From assembly GCA_050743385.1 (NCBI GenBank), contig JBOGFJ010000089.1, positions 1-43,823 on the forward strand: a DNA stretch of 43,823 nt, in the 5' to 3' direction. The position numbers and the translations under genes are program-made. This stretch comes from Acidimicrobiia bacterium (GTDB lineage: Bacteria; Actinomycetota; Acidimicrobiia; IMCC26256; JACDBD01). Numbering within the stretch: position 1 is the first letter of the stretch; each line of letters begins with the position of its first letter. The notes beneath the pieces are model-generated. The model worked only from the letters and a program-made list of their open reading frames with translations, made no database searches and was not told the DNA's origin. Positions 30,611 to 41,700 of this stretch are shown one piece after another.

Positions 30611-31696
30611 CTCGCGCAGGGCGCCCAGCAGCGTCGTGACCGACCGGTCGCGGGCCGAGTGGCCCATGAGGCCGACGCGCCAGGCCTTGCCCGCGAACTC
30701 GCCCAGCCCGCCGCCGACCTCGATGCCGTGACCCTCGAGCAGGCCCTTGCGCAGGGCGGCGTCGTCGGCGCCTTCGGGCAGCCACGTCGACGTGAGCTCG
30801 GGGAGGCGGTGCCCCTCCTGGGCGATCAGACGGAACCCGAGCTCGGGAAGCTCGCGCTGGAGCCGCTCCCCGACCCGGCGGTGGCGGTCCCACGCCGCCT
30901 CGAGCCCCTCGTCGAGGAGCGCACCCAGGCCCGCGTGCAGCGAGTAGATCATCGAGATGGGAGCGGTGTGGTGGTACACGCGGGCGCCGCTGCCCACGTA
31001 GGAGCCGATGAGCCCGAGGTCGAGGTACCACGACTGCGGTGGTGTCGCGCGGTCGCGCACCCGCTCGACGGCCCGCGCCGAGAAGGTCGCCGGCGCCAAT
31101 CCGGGTGGAACACCGAGGCACTTCTGGGTACCCGAGTAACAGGCATCGATGCCCCATCCGTCGACCTCGACGGGGATCCCGCCGAGTGACGTCACCGTGT
31201 CGACGACGAGCAGCGTGTCGGTGTCTTGGAGCGCGCGCAGCGGGGCGACCTCGTTGCGCACGCCGGTCGAGGTCTCGGCGTGCACGACCGCGAGCACCCG
31301 GGCGTCGGGGTGCTGCCGCTGGGCGTCGAGCAGCGCTTGTGGATCGATGGCACGCCCCCACTGCGCGTCGACGCGCACGATCTCGGCACCACCGCGACGG
31401 GCGACCTCGCACATGCGGTCGCCGAACACGCCGTTGACGCCGACGATCGCCGTCTCGCCCGGCTCGAGCAGGTTGACGAAGCACGTCTCCATGCCGGCCG
31501 AGCCGGTGGCGCTGATCGGGAACGTCAGGTCGTTCTGCGTGCGGAAGACCCGGCGAAGCCGCTCGTTCGTGTCGTCGAGGAGCATCAGGAACTCGGGATC
31601 GAGGTGCCCGAGCATCGGCCGCCCGAGCGCCGCCACGGCCTCCGGGTAGGGGTTCGACGGCCCGGGGCCGAGCAGCAGTCGGTCGGTCAGCGGCAC
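30599..31696 (-). CDS. class V aminotransferase (alanine-glyoxylate / serine-pyruvate aminotransferase family)
   Basis: LLLGPGPSNPYPEAVAALGRPMLGHLDPEF...TFPISATGSAGMETCFVNLLEPGE...LLVVDTVTSLGGIPVEVDGWGIDACYSGTQKCLGVPPGLAP, with the PLP-lysine in the SGTQK motif. Confidence 0.85.
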   Translation of the reverse strand: MPLTDRLLLGPGPSNPYPEAVAALGRPMLGHLDPEFLMLLDDTNERLRRVFRTQNDLTFPISATGSAGMETCFVNLLEPGETAIVGVNGVFGDRMCEVARRGGAEIVRVDAQWGRAIDPQALLDAQRQHPDARVLAVVHAETSTGVRNEVAPLRALQDTDTLLVVDTVTSLGGIPVEVDGWGIDACYSGTQKCLGVPPGLAPATFSARAVERVRDRATPPQSWYLDLGLIGSYVGSGARVYHHTAPISMIYSLHAGLGALLDEGLEAAWDRHRRVGERLQRELPELGFRLIAQEGHRLPELTSTWLPEGADDAALRKGLLEGHGIEVGGGLGEFAGKAWRVGLMGHSARDRSVTTLLGALRELLS

Positions 31697-31749
31697 GGGC
31701 GCATCGTAGTGAGGCGGGCCCCGCCCCTCACTCCGGGATGGCAGCCCGG

Positions 31750-32124
31750 CTAGACGGATGCGGCGAGCAGCGGGGTCCAGCGGCCGAAGAGGAACCGCAC
31801 CTCGTCGTCGACGTCGGGCCCGGCCACCATGGCGCGCGCCAGCTCGGCGGCGGCGCGAGCGACGTGGGTGACCTCGGCATCGGGAAGCGCGATGCAGTGC
31901 GCCTCGGCGGCGCGCAGCACCGCATGGCTGGCGTCGGAAGCGGCGTGAGCCGCGACCCGGGTGCGATGCGCCCGGCGCAACGTCCGGTCGATCGTGATCG
32001 TGATCCGCCAGGCGTCGACCTCGTCCGCGGCCGACTCGGAGCGCGGGTGCAGCGCGCCTCCGACCTCGTGCAGGTCGGCGGCGGTCATGCGGCCGAGAGC
32101 GACGATGAAGTCCTTGATCTCCAT
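31750..32124 (-). CDS. hypothetical protein
   Basis: MEIKDFIVALGRMTAADLHEVGGALHPRSESAADEVDAWRITITIDRTLRRAHRTRVAAHAASD... has a coding-like composition but I recognise no family. ATG 32124 is preferred over 32142. Confidence 0.45.
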   Translation of the reverse strand: MEIKDFIVALGRMTAADLHEVGGALHPRSESAADEVDAWRITITIDRTLRRAHRTRVAAHAASDASHAVLRAAEAHCIALPDAEVTHVARAAAELARAMVAGPDVDDEVRFLFGRWTPLLAASV

Positions 32125-32227
32125 TCTTCGTATTCTCAGCACATCCGCCGCGCGAAGAAGGGGATTTCCCCCCGTTCTCGCCGGGACGGATGGGGATCGC
32201 GCGCAGGCTCGCGGCCGCGAATCGGAC

Positions 32228-33157
32228 TTATCGTGCGAGGCTGCGCACGAGGCCGTCGAGGATGTCGGCCTCCGACACGAGCACCTCGTCGAATCCGAGC
32301 ACGCGCAGGATCGTCACCAGCACGACCGCGCCGCCGACGATGACGTCGACGCGGCCAGGCTCGAGGCCGGGATTGTGGCGGCGCTCCGCGGCCGGCTCGG
32401 TCGCGAGCGTGCGGAACACGTCCTCGGCCGCCTCCTTCGTGAGGCGGAAGTGGTGGATCTTGTCGGGGTCGTACTCGGGGAGCCCGAGCTCGACGGCGGC
32501 GACGGTCGTCACCGTGCCGGCCAGCCCGACGAGCGTCGCCGCCTCCCGCACCGCCGGCAGGTCACGGTCGACGTCGGCGAGGTGGTCGCGCACGACGGCC
32601 ACGGCCTCCGACAGCTCTTCGGGCGCGGGCGGATCGGAGTGCAGGAGCTGCTCGCTGAGCCGGACGCAGCCGATGTCGACGGAGATCTGGCCCGCGGGCT
32701 CGGTGTCACCGACGACGAACTCCGTCGAGCCGCCCCCGATGTCGACCACGAGATAGGGGGCGGGTTCGGAGAGGCCGCTGGTGGCACCCAGGAACGACAG
32801 GCGCGCCTCCTCGTCTCCGCTCAAGAGCTCGGGCGCCTCTCCGAGGACGGCGGTCGCGAGGCCGAAGAAGTCGTCACGGTTGCCGGCGTCGCGTGCTGCG
32901 CTGCTGGCCGTGACGCGCAACCGCTCGACGCCGAGCTCGTCGAGCGCGCCCCGGTACTCGCGTAGCACGGCGACGGTGCGCTCGATCGCTTCCGGGTGAA
33001 GGCGGTGGGTGGCGTCGACACCTTGGCCGAGCCGAGTGATGCGCATCCGCCGGTCGAGGGGCGTGAGACGAGCGTGGTTGCCCGCCCCGTCGACATCGGC
33101 GACGAGCAGACGCGTCGAGTTCGTCCCGATGTCGACGCCGGCAAGGCGGGGACTCAC
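32228..33157 (-). CDS. ppx: Ppx/GppA family phosphatase (exopolyphosphatase)
   Basis: LAGVDIGTNSTRLLVADV...LRVTASSAARDAGN...YLVVDIGGGSTEFVVG shows the ASKHA-fold phosphate motifs. GTG 33157 overlaps the upstream stop (GTGA). Confidence 0.85.
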   Translation of the reverse strand: MSPRLAGVDIGTNSTRLLVADVDGAGNHARLTPLDRRMRITRLGQGVDATHRLHPEAIERTVAVLREYRGALDELGVERLRVTASSAARDAGNRDDFFGLATAVLGEAPELLSGDEEARLSFLGATSGLSEPAPYLVVDIGGGSTEFVVGDTEPAGQISVDIGCVRLSEQLLHSDPPAPEELSEAVAVVRDHLADVDRDLPAVREAATLVGLAGTVTTVAAVELGLPEYDPDKIHHFRLTKEAAEDVFRTLATEPAAERRHNPGLEPGRVDVIVGGAVVLVTILRVLGFDEVLVSEADILDGLVRSLAR

Positions 33158-33615
33158 GCGCCCGGCACCTCGTCGAGCCGGCACTGCACCCAGTGGCCGA
33201 CGGGATCGTCACCGCCGGCGAGGAAATAGGCATAGTGCGCGTGCAGGCACTTGACCCCGGTACGGGTGCCGCCCACACCGCCGTGGGGCCGGGGGCCGTC
33301 GTGATCGGGCGGAAGAGCGGCGTCGCGCTCGGCGGCATAGGCGCGGTGGGCGGCGGTGAGCGCCGACGAGTCGACTTCGCGCTCCGCCCGCCGCACTCCG
33401 CCTCCCGCCTCGACACGGGAAACCGCGACCGACAGCTCGGCGTCGACCAGCCAGTAGCGCGTCGGCATCGGCGTGCCGTCGTCGAGCAGCGGGGCGTTGC
33501 GGATCACCACCGGGCGACCGCCCTCGCCCCGGACGACCACCTCGAACGCAGCCCGGGGCTCGCGGCCGAGCAGCTCGGTGAGCGCGGCGACGTCGCCGTG
33601 TGCGTGGGCCATCAC
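33154..33615 (-). CDS. DUF501 domain-containing protein
   Basis: PVVIRNAPLLDDGTPMPTRYWLVDAELSVAVSRVEAGGGVRRAE...GVGGTRTGVKCLHAHYAYFLAGGDDPVGHWV. It also holds the conserved position between ftsB and ppx. Confidence 0.8.
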   Translation of the reverse strand: MMAHAHGDVAALTELLGREPRAAFEVVVRGEGGRPVVIRNAPLLDDGTPMPTRYWLVDAELSVAVSRVEAGGGVRRAEREVDSSALTAAHRAYAAERDAALPPDHDGPRPHGGVGGTRTGVKCLHAHYAYFLAGGDDPVGHWVQCRLDEVPGA

Positions 33616-33699
33616 CTGGCTCCGTCGCTCGCCCCCGGGGTACCCGGGGCCGTCCGTCCGGGAACGCTCCTCCGCACGATGTTGCAGTCTACGGAGCCC

Positions 33700-35443
<1,744 letters not shown>

Positions 35444-35666
35444 CTATCCCATTGAGCCGGGGGGTGGAAGCACACCCCGTATGCTGCCGCGGTGCGGCGG
35501 GTCATCGACAGGCTGCTCGGGGGGTGGCGCTCCTCGCCATCCGCGGTCTCTTCCGCACGGTGGAGCTCGCCGATCTTGCCCATCGCCACCGCCGTCGTCG
35601 GGGTCGGCCGGTCCTCGTCGTCGCCCACCACTGCAACGGCTTCGTCGACCACGAGGGACCGCCGGT

Positions 35667-35713
35667 GACTCGAGGCCGTGGGGTCCGGAATCCGGACCCG
35701 TGGGCCTCGAGTC
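35667..35713. repeat. near-palindromic intergenic element, family A, copy 2 (inverted relative to copy 1)
   Basis: gactcgaggccgtggggtccggaatccggacccgtgggcctcgagtc. Blocks of 22 and 20 consecutive nt are identical to the reverse complement of 6606-6656. The element ends 10 nt before GTG 35724. Confidence 0.8.
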
Positions 35714-35723
35714 TGGGGCGGTC

Positions 35724-36269
35724 GTGAGCGCGCAGCCGCACCCGGCCGCCGGAGATTGCGAGCGGCTGGGAGATGGGTTCCTCGCGCAGCCCGTCAACGC
35801 GCTCTCGAGCCTGGCGTACGTGGCGGTCGGCGCCGAGCTCATGGTGCGGGGCTGGCAGCAGCGATCACGGGGATGGTCGAGCGTCGCGCTCGCCGCGTTC
35901 GGAGCGCTCGTCGCGGTCGAGGGAGTGGGCAGCGTGGGCTTCCACGGTCCCGGAGACGGCGTGTCCCACCGCCTCCACGACGCCGCCATCGGCGGGACCC
36001 TCGCGTTCGTCGCCGCGACCGAGGTGGTGGCGCTCGTGCGCCGGCCCCGACGGCGCCGGACGCGCCGCCGACTCGCGGTCGCGGGCGCGCTGCTCGCGGC
36101 CGCGACGGTCGTCAACCTGCTCTCTCGCACCGGCGATCCGTTGTGTCGACCCGACAGCCTCCTCCAAGGCCATGCCGCCTGGCACGTCCTCACTGCCGGG
36201 GCACTCCGCGAGTGGGCCCTCGCCGCGTTCACCGACGCATCGGGCGATCAGGAGGTCCAGAGCTCGTGA
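35724..36269 (+). CDS. integral membrane protein (ceramidase-like motif pattern; tentative)
   Basis: From GTG 35724: ...FLAQPVNALSSLAYVAVGAELMV...ALAAFGALVAVEGVGSVGFHG...GHAAWHVLTAGAL. There are several hydrophobic segments. Its 3' end overlaps the convergent mazG by 22 nt. The N-terminal extension to 35481 runs through repeat A and is junk-like. Confidence 0.5.
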   Translation: MSAQPHPAAGDCERLGDGFLAQPVNALSSLAYVAVGAELMVRGWQQRSRGWSSVALAAFGALVAVEGVGSVGFHGPGDGVSHRLHDAAIGGTLAFVAATEVVALVRRPRRRRTRRRLAVAGALLAAATVVNLLSRTGDPLCRPDSLLQGHAAWHVLTAGALREWALAAFTDASGDQEVQSS

Positions 36270-37708
36270 ATCGTGACCGGGTCGAGGGTGGCGAAGTCGA
36301 GGCCGCGCTCGGCCGCGAGCTGCTCCAGCACGACGAAGCGGTCGCGAAACCGGGCCGCCCAGCCCCGCAGGACCGACTCGGCGTCGACTCCGGCCGCACG
36401 CGCCAGCACCACTGCCGCCGCCAGCACCTCGCCGAGCCCGGCCTCGAGCACGCCGGGTTCGTCGGCGCGTCGCAATGTCTCCACCGCACGCTCGAGTCGC
36501 ATCACCGCGTCCGCGCGCGATCCGGGAGCGAGGCCGACGGATTCCGCCTTGCGGAGCAACTTGTGCGTGTAGAGCAGTGACGGGAGCCCGGGCGTGATGC
36601 CGGCGACGATCGACGTCGTGCCCCTCTCGTCTTTCTTGATCTGCTCCCAGTTGCGCATGACGTCGGCGCTGGTGTCGGCGTCGGCGTCACCGAAGACGTG
36701 GGGATGGCGGCGCACGAGCTTGTCGTGGATCCCCCGGGCAACATCGGCCATCGTGAACGCGCCCGCCTCTTCCGCCATCACCGCGTGGAACACCACCTGG
36801 TACAGGAGGTCGCCGAGCTCGTCCTCGAGCGCGGCATACGCAGCCTCGGACGGGAGGCCCTCGACCGCCTCGACGACCTCGTAGGCCTCTTCGAGGAGGT
36901 AGCGGGTCACCGAGTGGTGCGTCTGCTCCGCGTCCCACGGGCATCCCTCTGGGCGCCGTAGCCGCTCCGCGAGCGCGAGCAGCCGGGCGACCTCGCGCGC
37001 CGCGCCGCCGCCCGGGGCGTCCACGAACAAGCTCGTGAGATGGTCGGGCTCGACGACGCGGTCGAGTTCCACGAGCCGGACCGTGCGCACCGACTCGCCG
37101 GGGAGACCGAGGCGCTGGAGCACGGTCACCGGCGTCGTCGGGTCGAGCCGCTCGAGCAGGGCGAGCTTCACGTCGGACAGGACGAGCTCGGAGTCGCACT
37201 GCGCGATCAGGAGGGGACCGTCGCCATCGAGTGCGCGGCCATCGAGTGCGCGGCCATCGAGCGCGTGGCCGTCGACGACCCGGGCCCCCTGCATCGGGTC
37301 GACACCGAGGCGCGCCCACGCGAGCTCCGCGAACGACAGACCCGGCACGATCTCGAGCGCGATGGTGCCGGAGCGGGCGGCGTCGTGGAGCAGCTCCACG
37401 GTGCGTTCGGCCACGACGGGATTACCCGGGACCGCGTATGCGACCGGGCCGTGGTCAGCGGCGGCGTCAGCGGCCTCGACCACCCGCCGCACGATGGCGC
37501 GGTAGGCCTCGTCGATCTCGGTGGCGGCGTCGTACTCGGCGTCGAGGCCCGTGAGCTCGATGCCCTGACGCGCCAGCTCCTCGACCGCGGGATGCCGGGC
37601 GGTGCGGACGAACCGGGTCGCGGACCGCTCGAGCGCCGCCCGCGCCGCCGGGAGCAGCAGGTCGGCGCCGGCGGGCCCCAACCCGACGACCACAACCCGT
37701 GGAGCCAT
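36248..37708 (-). CDS. mazG: YabN-type fusion: tetrapyrrole-methylase-like domain + MazG nucleoside triphosphate pyrophosphohydrolase
   Basis: ATG 37708: MAPRVVVVGLGPAGADLLLPAARAALE...VAYAVPGNPVVAERTVELL...LEIVPGLSFAEL (methylase-like). Then RLRRPEGCPWDAEQTHHSVTRYLLEEAYEVVEAVE...LEDELGDLLYQVVFHA (MazG EExxE motifs). Confidence 0.85.
   Translation of the reverse strand: MAPRVVVVGLGPAGADLLLPAARAALERSATRFVRTARHPAVEELARQGIELTGLDAEYDAATEIDEAYRAIVRRVVEAADAAADHGPVAYAVPGNPVVAERTVELLHDAARSGTIALEIVPGLSFAELAWARLGVDPMQGARVVDGHALDGRALDGRALDGDGPLLIAQCDSELVLSDVKLALLERLDPTTPVTVLQRLGLPGESVRTVRLVELDRVVEPDHLTSLFVDAPGGGAAREVARLLALAERLRRPEGCPWDAEQTHHSVTRYLLEEAYEVVEAVEGLPSEAAYAALEDELGDLLYQVVFHAVMAEEAGAFTMADVARGIHDKLVRRHPHVFGDADADTSADVMRNWEQIKKDERGTTSIVAGITPGLPSLLYTHKLLRKAESVGLAPGSRADAVMRLERAVETLRRADEPGVLEAGLGEVLAAAVVLARAAGVDAESVLRGWAARFRDRFVVLEQLAAERGLDFATLDPVTIHELWTS
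37223..37282 (-). repeat. in-frame 15-nt tandem repeat (3 good units plus 1 degenerate) inside mazG
   Basis: Plus strand: gccatcgagtgcgcg / gccatcgagtgcgcg / gccatcgagcgcgtg / gccgtcgacgacccg. It encodes ...DGHALDGRALDGRALDGDG... in the linker between the two domains. Confidence 0.8.
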
Positions 37709-37713
37709 GCGCG

Positions 37714-38718
37714 CTACGGGGCGGGAGCCGGAACCGCGGGCGTGGTCGTCGGCGCGTTCTCCGGGGCTTCGGGCGGCTGCACGGCGCCGAGGCCGTCGGT
37801 GACCTTCCACGCGCCGTACCGGGGATTGACCCGCACGCTGGCATCGGCCACGAGCTCGTCGAGCTCGGGGTTCGTGCTCGTCGCCGGGGCGAGCGATTCA
37901 CGGATCCGCTCCTCGACCGCCTCGAACGGCACCGTGTCGCTCATGAGGATGACGTGGAACCCGAACTCGGTTTGCACCGGCGCCGAGATCTGGCCGAGCG
38001 GGAGGGCGTCGGCGGCCGTCGCGAACTCGGGAACGTACTGCGCGGCGTCGTAGCAGAAGAGCTGCCCGCCGACTTCCGCCGATCCCGTGTCTTGCGACCG
38101 GGTACGAGCGAGCTCGGAGAAGTCGGCGCCGGCGCCCAGCTCGAGAGCGATCTGGTCGGCCTCCTCGCGGGTCGCGACGAGGATGTGCGCTGCGAACTTG
38201 CCCGACGGGCACTGCGCCTGCGCCTGCGCCAGTGTCTCGTCGTACGCCGCCATGACCTCCTCGTCGCTCGGGCCCGCCTCGCCTCCGCCGGTCTCGCGCA
38301 GCAGCGCGGCGCGGCGGCCGTAGCGCTCCTCGAGCCGGTCGCGGAGCCACTGCGGGAACGCGTCGAAGACCTCGGGGCCGATCTCGGTCTCGATGGTGGT
38401 CAGACCTGCCTCGCGATCGGCCTGGGTGACCTCGATGTCTCGGTCGCGCAGCTCGCGGTCGATGACCTCCTGCTGCACCCGGAGCGTCAACCAGAACGCG
38501 GTGATCTGGGGGTTGAGAGTCTGGTCCCCGGCGCCGGCGGTGTCGGGCTGCTGGCCGAGGACGTCGTTGTCGGCGATCGCTTCCAGCTCGCGGTCGATCG
38601 ACGACTGCGACACGTCCTGGCCGCCAACCGTCAGGGCCGAACCACGGGTGCTGTCACACCCGCTCAAAGCGAGCGCAACGGCTGCGAGCGCGACGAGAGA
38701 GACGAGAGGCTTCTTCAC
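37714..38718 (-). CDS. parvulin-type peptidyl-prolyl isomerase lipoprotein (SurA/PrsA-like)
   Basis: GTG 38718 overlaps the mfd stop (GTGA). VKKPLVSLVALAAVALALSGCDS has a lipobox LSGC. The parvulin domain reads AAHILVATREEADQIALELGAGADFSELARTRSQDTGSAEVGGQL...TEFGFHVILM. Confidence 0.8.
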   Translation of the reverse strand: MKKPLVSLVALAAVALALSGCDSTRGSALTVGGQDVSQSSIDRELEAIADNDVLGQQPDTAGAGDQTLNPQITAFWLTLRVQQEVIDRELRDRDIEVTQADREAGLTTIETEIGPEVFDAFPQWLRDRLEERYGRRAALLRETGGGEAGPSDEEVMAAYDETLAQAQAQCPSGKFAAHILVATREEADQIALELGAGADFSELARTRSQDTGSAEVGGQLFCYDAAQYVPEFATAADALPLGQISAPVQTEFGFHVILMSDTVPFEAVEERIRESLAPATSTNPELDELVADASVRVNPRYGAWKVTDGLGAVQPPEAPENAPTTTPAVPAPAP

Positions 38719-41700
38719 GGTGCGGCGGAGCCTACCGGGGTTGCATCGTCGGCGGGCAGCAGCTCGCCGAGCAGGTCGACGAGGACCCCCGGAACCGACG
38801 CCCCGTTCGCGCCGACGGGCACGACCAGCTCGTCCGCTTGCTTGGCGACGGCGCCGGGCACGAGTCGCCGCAGCCGCAGCTTCTTCGACTCGGGGAGCCG
38901 GAGGCCGGTGATGCGAGCCGCGCCGCGCTGCACCGACACGCTGCGGATCCCGAGCCGGACGCACTCGACGCGGAGGCGGGCGACCTCCAGGAGCGCTTCG
39001 GCCGGGGCCGGCGGGGGCCCGTAGCGGTCGGCCCACTCTGCCCGGATGTCGTCGACGTCGGTCACCGCGCTCACCGCCGCCAGCCGCCGGTACGCCTCCA
39101 TCCGCACGTCGTCACGGGCCACGTAGTCACGCGGGAGATGGGCGTGGACCGGGACGTCGATCGCGATCTCCACCGGCTCGGGCGGCGACTCGCCCGTGAG
39201 CTCACCGACGGCCTCGGTGACCATCTGGCAGTAGAGGTCGAAGCCGACGGCGGCGATATGGCCCGACTGCTCGCCGCCGAGGAGGTTGCCCGCACCGCGG
39301 ATCTCGAGGTCGCGCATCGCGATCTTGAACCCGGAGCCGAGGTCAGTGAACTCCCCGATCGTCTTGAGCCGCTCGTAGGCCTCCTCGGTGAGCGCCCGGT
39401 CGACGGGATGGAGGAGGTACGCGTACGCCCGCTGGCCCCGGCGGCCGATCCGACCCCGCAGCTGGTAGAGCTGAGCGAGTCCGAGCAGGTCGGAGCGGTC
39501 GACGACCAGGGTGTTGACCGTCGGGATGTCGAGCCCGCTCTCCACGATCGTGGTGCAGACCAGGACGTCGGACTCGCGTTCCCAGAAGTCGAGCACGATC
39601 CGTTCGAGCCGGCCCTCGTCCATCTGCCCGTGCGCGACGGCGACGCGCGCTTCGGGCACGAGCTCGCGAACGTGCTCGGCCGCGAACTCGATGTCGCGCA
39701 CCCGGTTGTGCACGAAGAACGCCTGGCCTTCGCGCAGCAGCTCGCGCCGGATGGCCTCGGCGACGGCGCGGTCGTCGTAGTCCCCCACGTACGTGAGGAT
39801 CGGCTGACGGTCTTCGGGCGGCGTGTTCACGAGTGACAGGTCTCGGATCCCGGTGAGCGACAGCTCGAGCGTGCGCGGGATGGGCGTCGCGGTGAGTGTC
39901 AACACGTCGACGTCGGCGCGCAGTGCCTTGATGCGCTCCTTGTGTTGCACCCCGAAGCGCTGCTCCTCGTCGACGACGAGCAGCCCGAGATCACGGAACC
40001 GCACGTCGTCCGAGAGCAGCCGGTGCGTCCCGATCACGACGTCGACCGATCCGTCGCCGACACCCCCGACCACCGCGGCCTGCTCGCGCGGCGTGAGGAA
40101 GCGTGACAGCACCTCGACGTGCACCGGGTAGTTGGCGAAGCGCTCCCGGAACGTCTGGCCGTGCTGGTTGGCCAGCAGCGTGGTGGGGACGAGCACCGCC
40201 GCCTGCTTGCCGTCCTGCACCGCCTTGAACGCGGCCCGCACCGCGACCTCGGTCTTGCCGTAGCCGACGTCACCGCACACGAGCCGGTCCATCGGGACCG
40301 GCCGCTCCATGTCGGCCTTGACGTCCTCGATGGCGCGGGCCTGGTCGGGCGTCTCCTCGAACGGGAATGCGTCCTCGACTTCGCGTTGCCACGGAGTGTC
40401 GGGTGCGAACGAGTGGCCCGGCGTCGCCAGCCGTCGGCGGTACAGCACCACGAGCTCCTGGGCAATCTCCCGGACCGCCTTGCGCACCCGCGCCCGCGTC
40501 TTCTGCCAGTCGCTGCCGCCGAGGCGGTTGAGCGTCGGGCGCTCGCCACCGGTGTAGCGCCGTACGGTGCCGACCTGGTCGGTGGGGACGTAGAGCTTGT
40601 CGCCGCCCTTGTACTCGAGCAGGAGATAGTCGCGCTCGGCACCACCCATCGCCCGCTTCGTCATCTCGACATAGCGGCCGACACCGTGCTGGTGGTGCAC
40701 GACGAAGTCGCCCGGTTCGAGGGCGTCGTAGAAGTCGACCCCGCGCGCGGCGCCGCGCCGGGCCGTGGGACGGCGGTGCACCCGGCGCCGGCCGGTCAGG
40801 TCGGCCTCCGCGACGAGAGCCAGCTTCGCCGCGGGGAGCACGACACCCCGTTCGAGTGGTGCGACCACGAGGGCGAGCGCGCCGGGCGCGGGCGTGTCGG
40901 TGAGGTCGACACCCTCCTCGGCAAGCACGGCGCGCAGGCGATCGGCCGAGCCCCGGCCCTCGGCCGCCAGCACCACCTGGTAGCGCTCGCGCCGGAGGGC
41001 GCCGAGTCGGCGGGCGAGGTTCTCGGCGTCGCCGACCACCGGGTCGAACGCAGTGGCCCCGAGACGGGGGGTGTCGGGCCCCTCCGGAGCGGACGGCACC
41101 GCAACCGCTCCCGCTTCCGTGTGCACGAGCAACCGGCCGAACGGCAGCGACAGGCGCGGAAAGCCGGGCTCGCCGGTCGCGCCCCAAGTTGTCGCGAGCG
41201 TGCTCGCCAACGCCTCCTCCTCGTCGAGCAGCTCTTGGGCCCGGTCGCGCATGCGCTTCGGCTCCACGAGCAGCACGACGGCGTCGCCGGGCAGGAGATC
41301 GGGGAGGAGGTGCTCGCCGTCGCACACCCACGGCAACCACGACTCCATCCCGTCGAAGGTCTCGCCGGTCGCCAGTCGCTCCCACTGTTCTCGACCCCAG
41401 GGCTGTGACGCGACGAGCCGCTCGGCGCGCGTCCGCACCTCGTCGGTGGGCAGGAGCTCGCGCGTCGGGAACACCCAGGCCTCGGCGAGCTCGTGGGTCG
41501 AGCGCTGGTCGGCCACCGAGAACGCCGAGAGCCGGTCGACCTCGTCGCCCCAGAGGTCGACGCGCACGGGATGATCGGCGGTGCTCGGGTACACGTCGAC
41601 GATCGACCCGCGCACCGCGACCTCTCCCCGGCTCTCGACCTGGTACTCCCGCCGGTAGCCCCCGCCCACGAGACGGGCGAGGAGATCGTCGCGGTCGAGG

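Noticed and set aside
33633-33649. The CCCCGGG-gta-CCCGGGG hairpin between the ftsB-like and DUF501 genes, considered as a regulatory attenuator.
   Set aside because: It is only a 7-bp stem built from a self-complementary CCCCGGGG-type run, which is common by chance in this base composition. There is no U-tract and no second copy.
35481-35723. An upstream extension of the membrane-protein ORF to the first in-frame start at 35481.
   Set aside because: The extension translates to a Gly/Arg/Pro/Ser-rich string and reads through the family A palindrome. Third-position composition favours the opposite strand there, so GTG 35724 was preferred.
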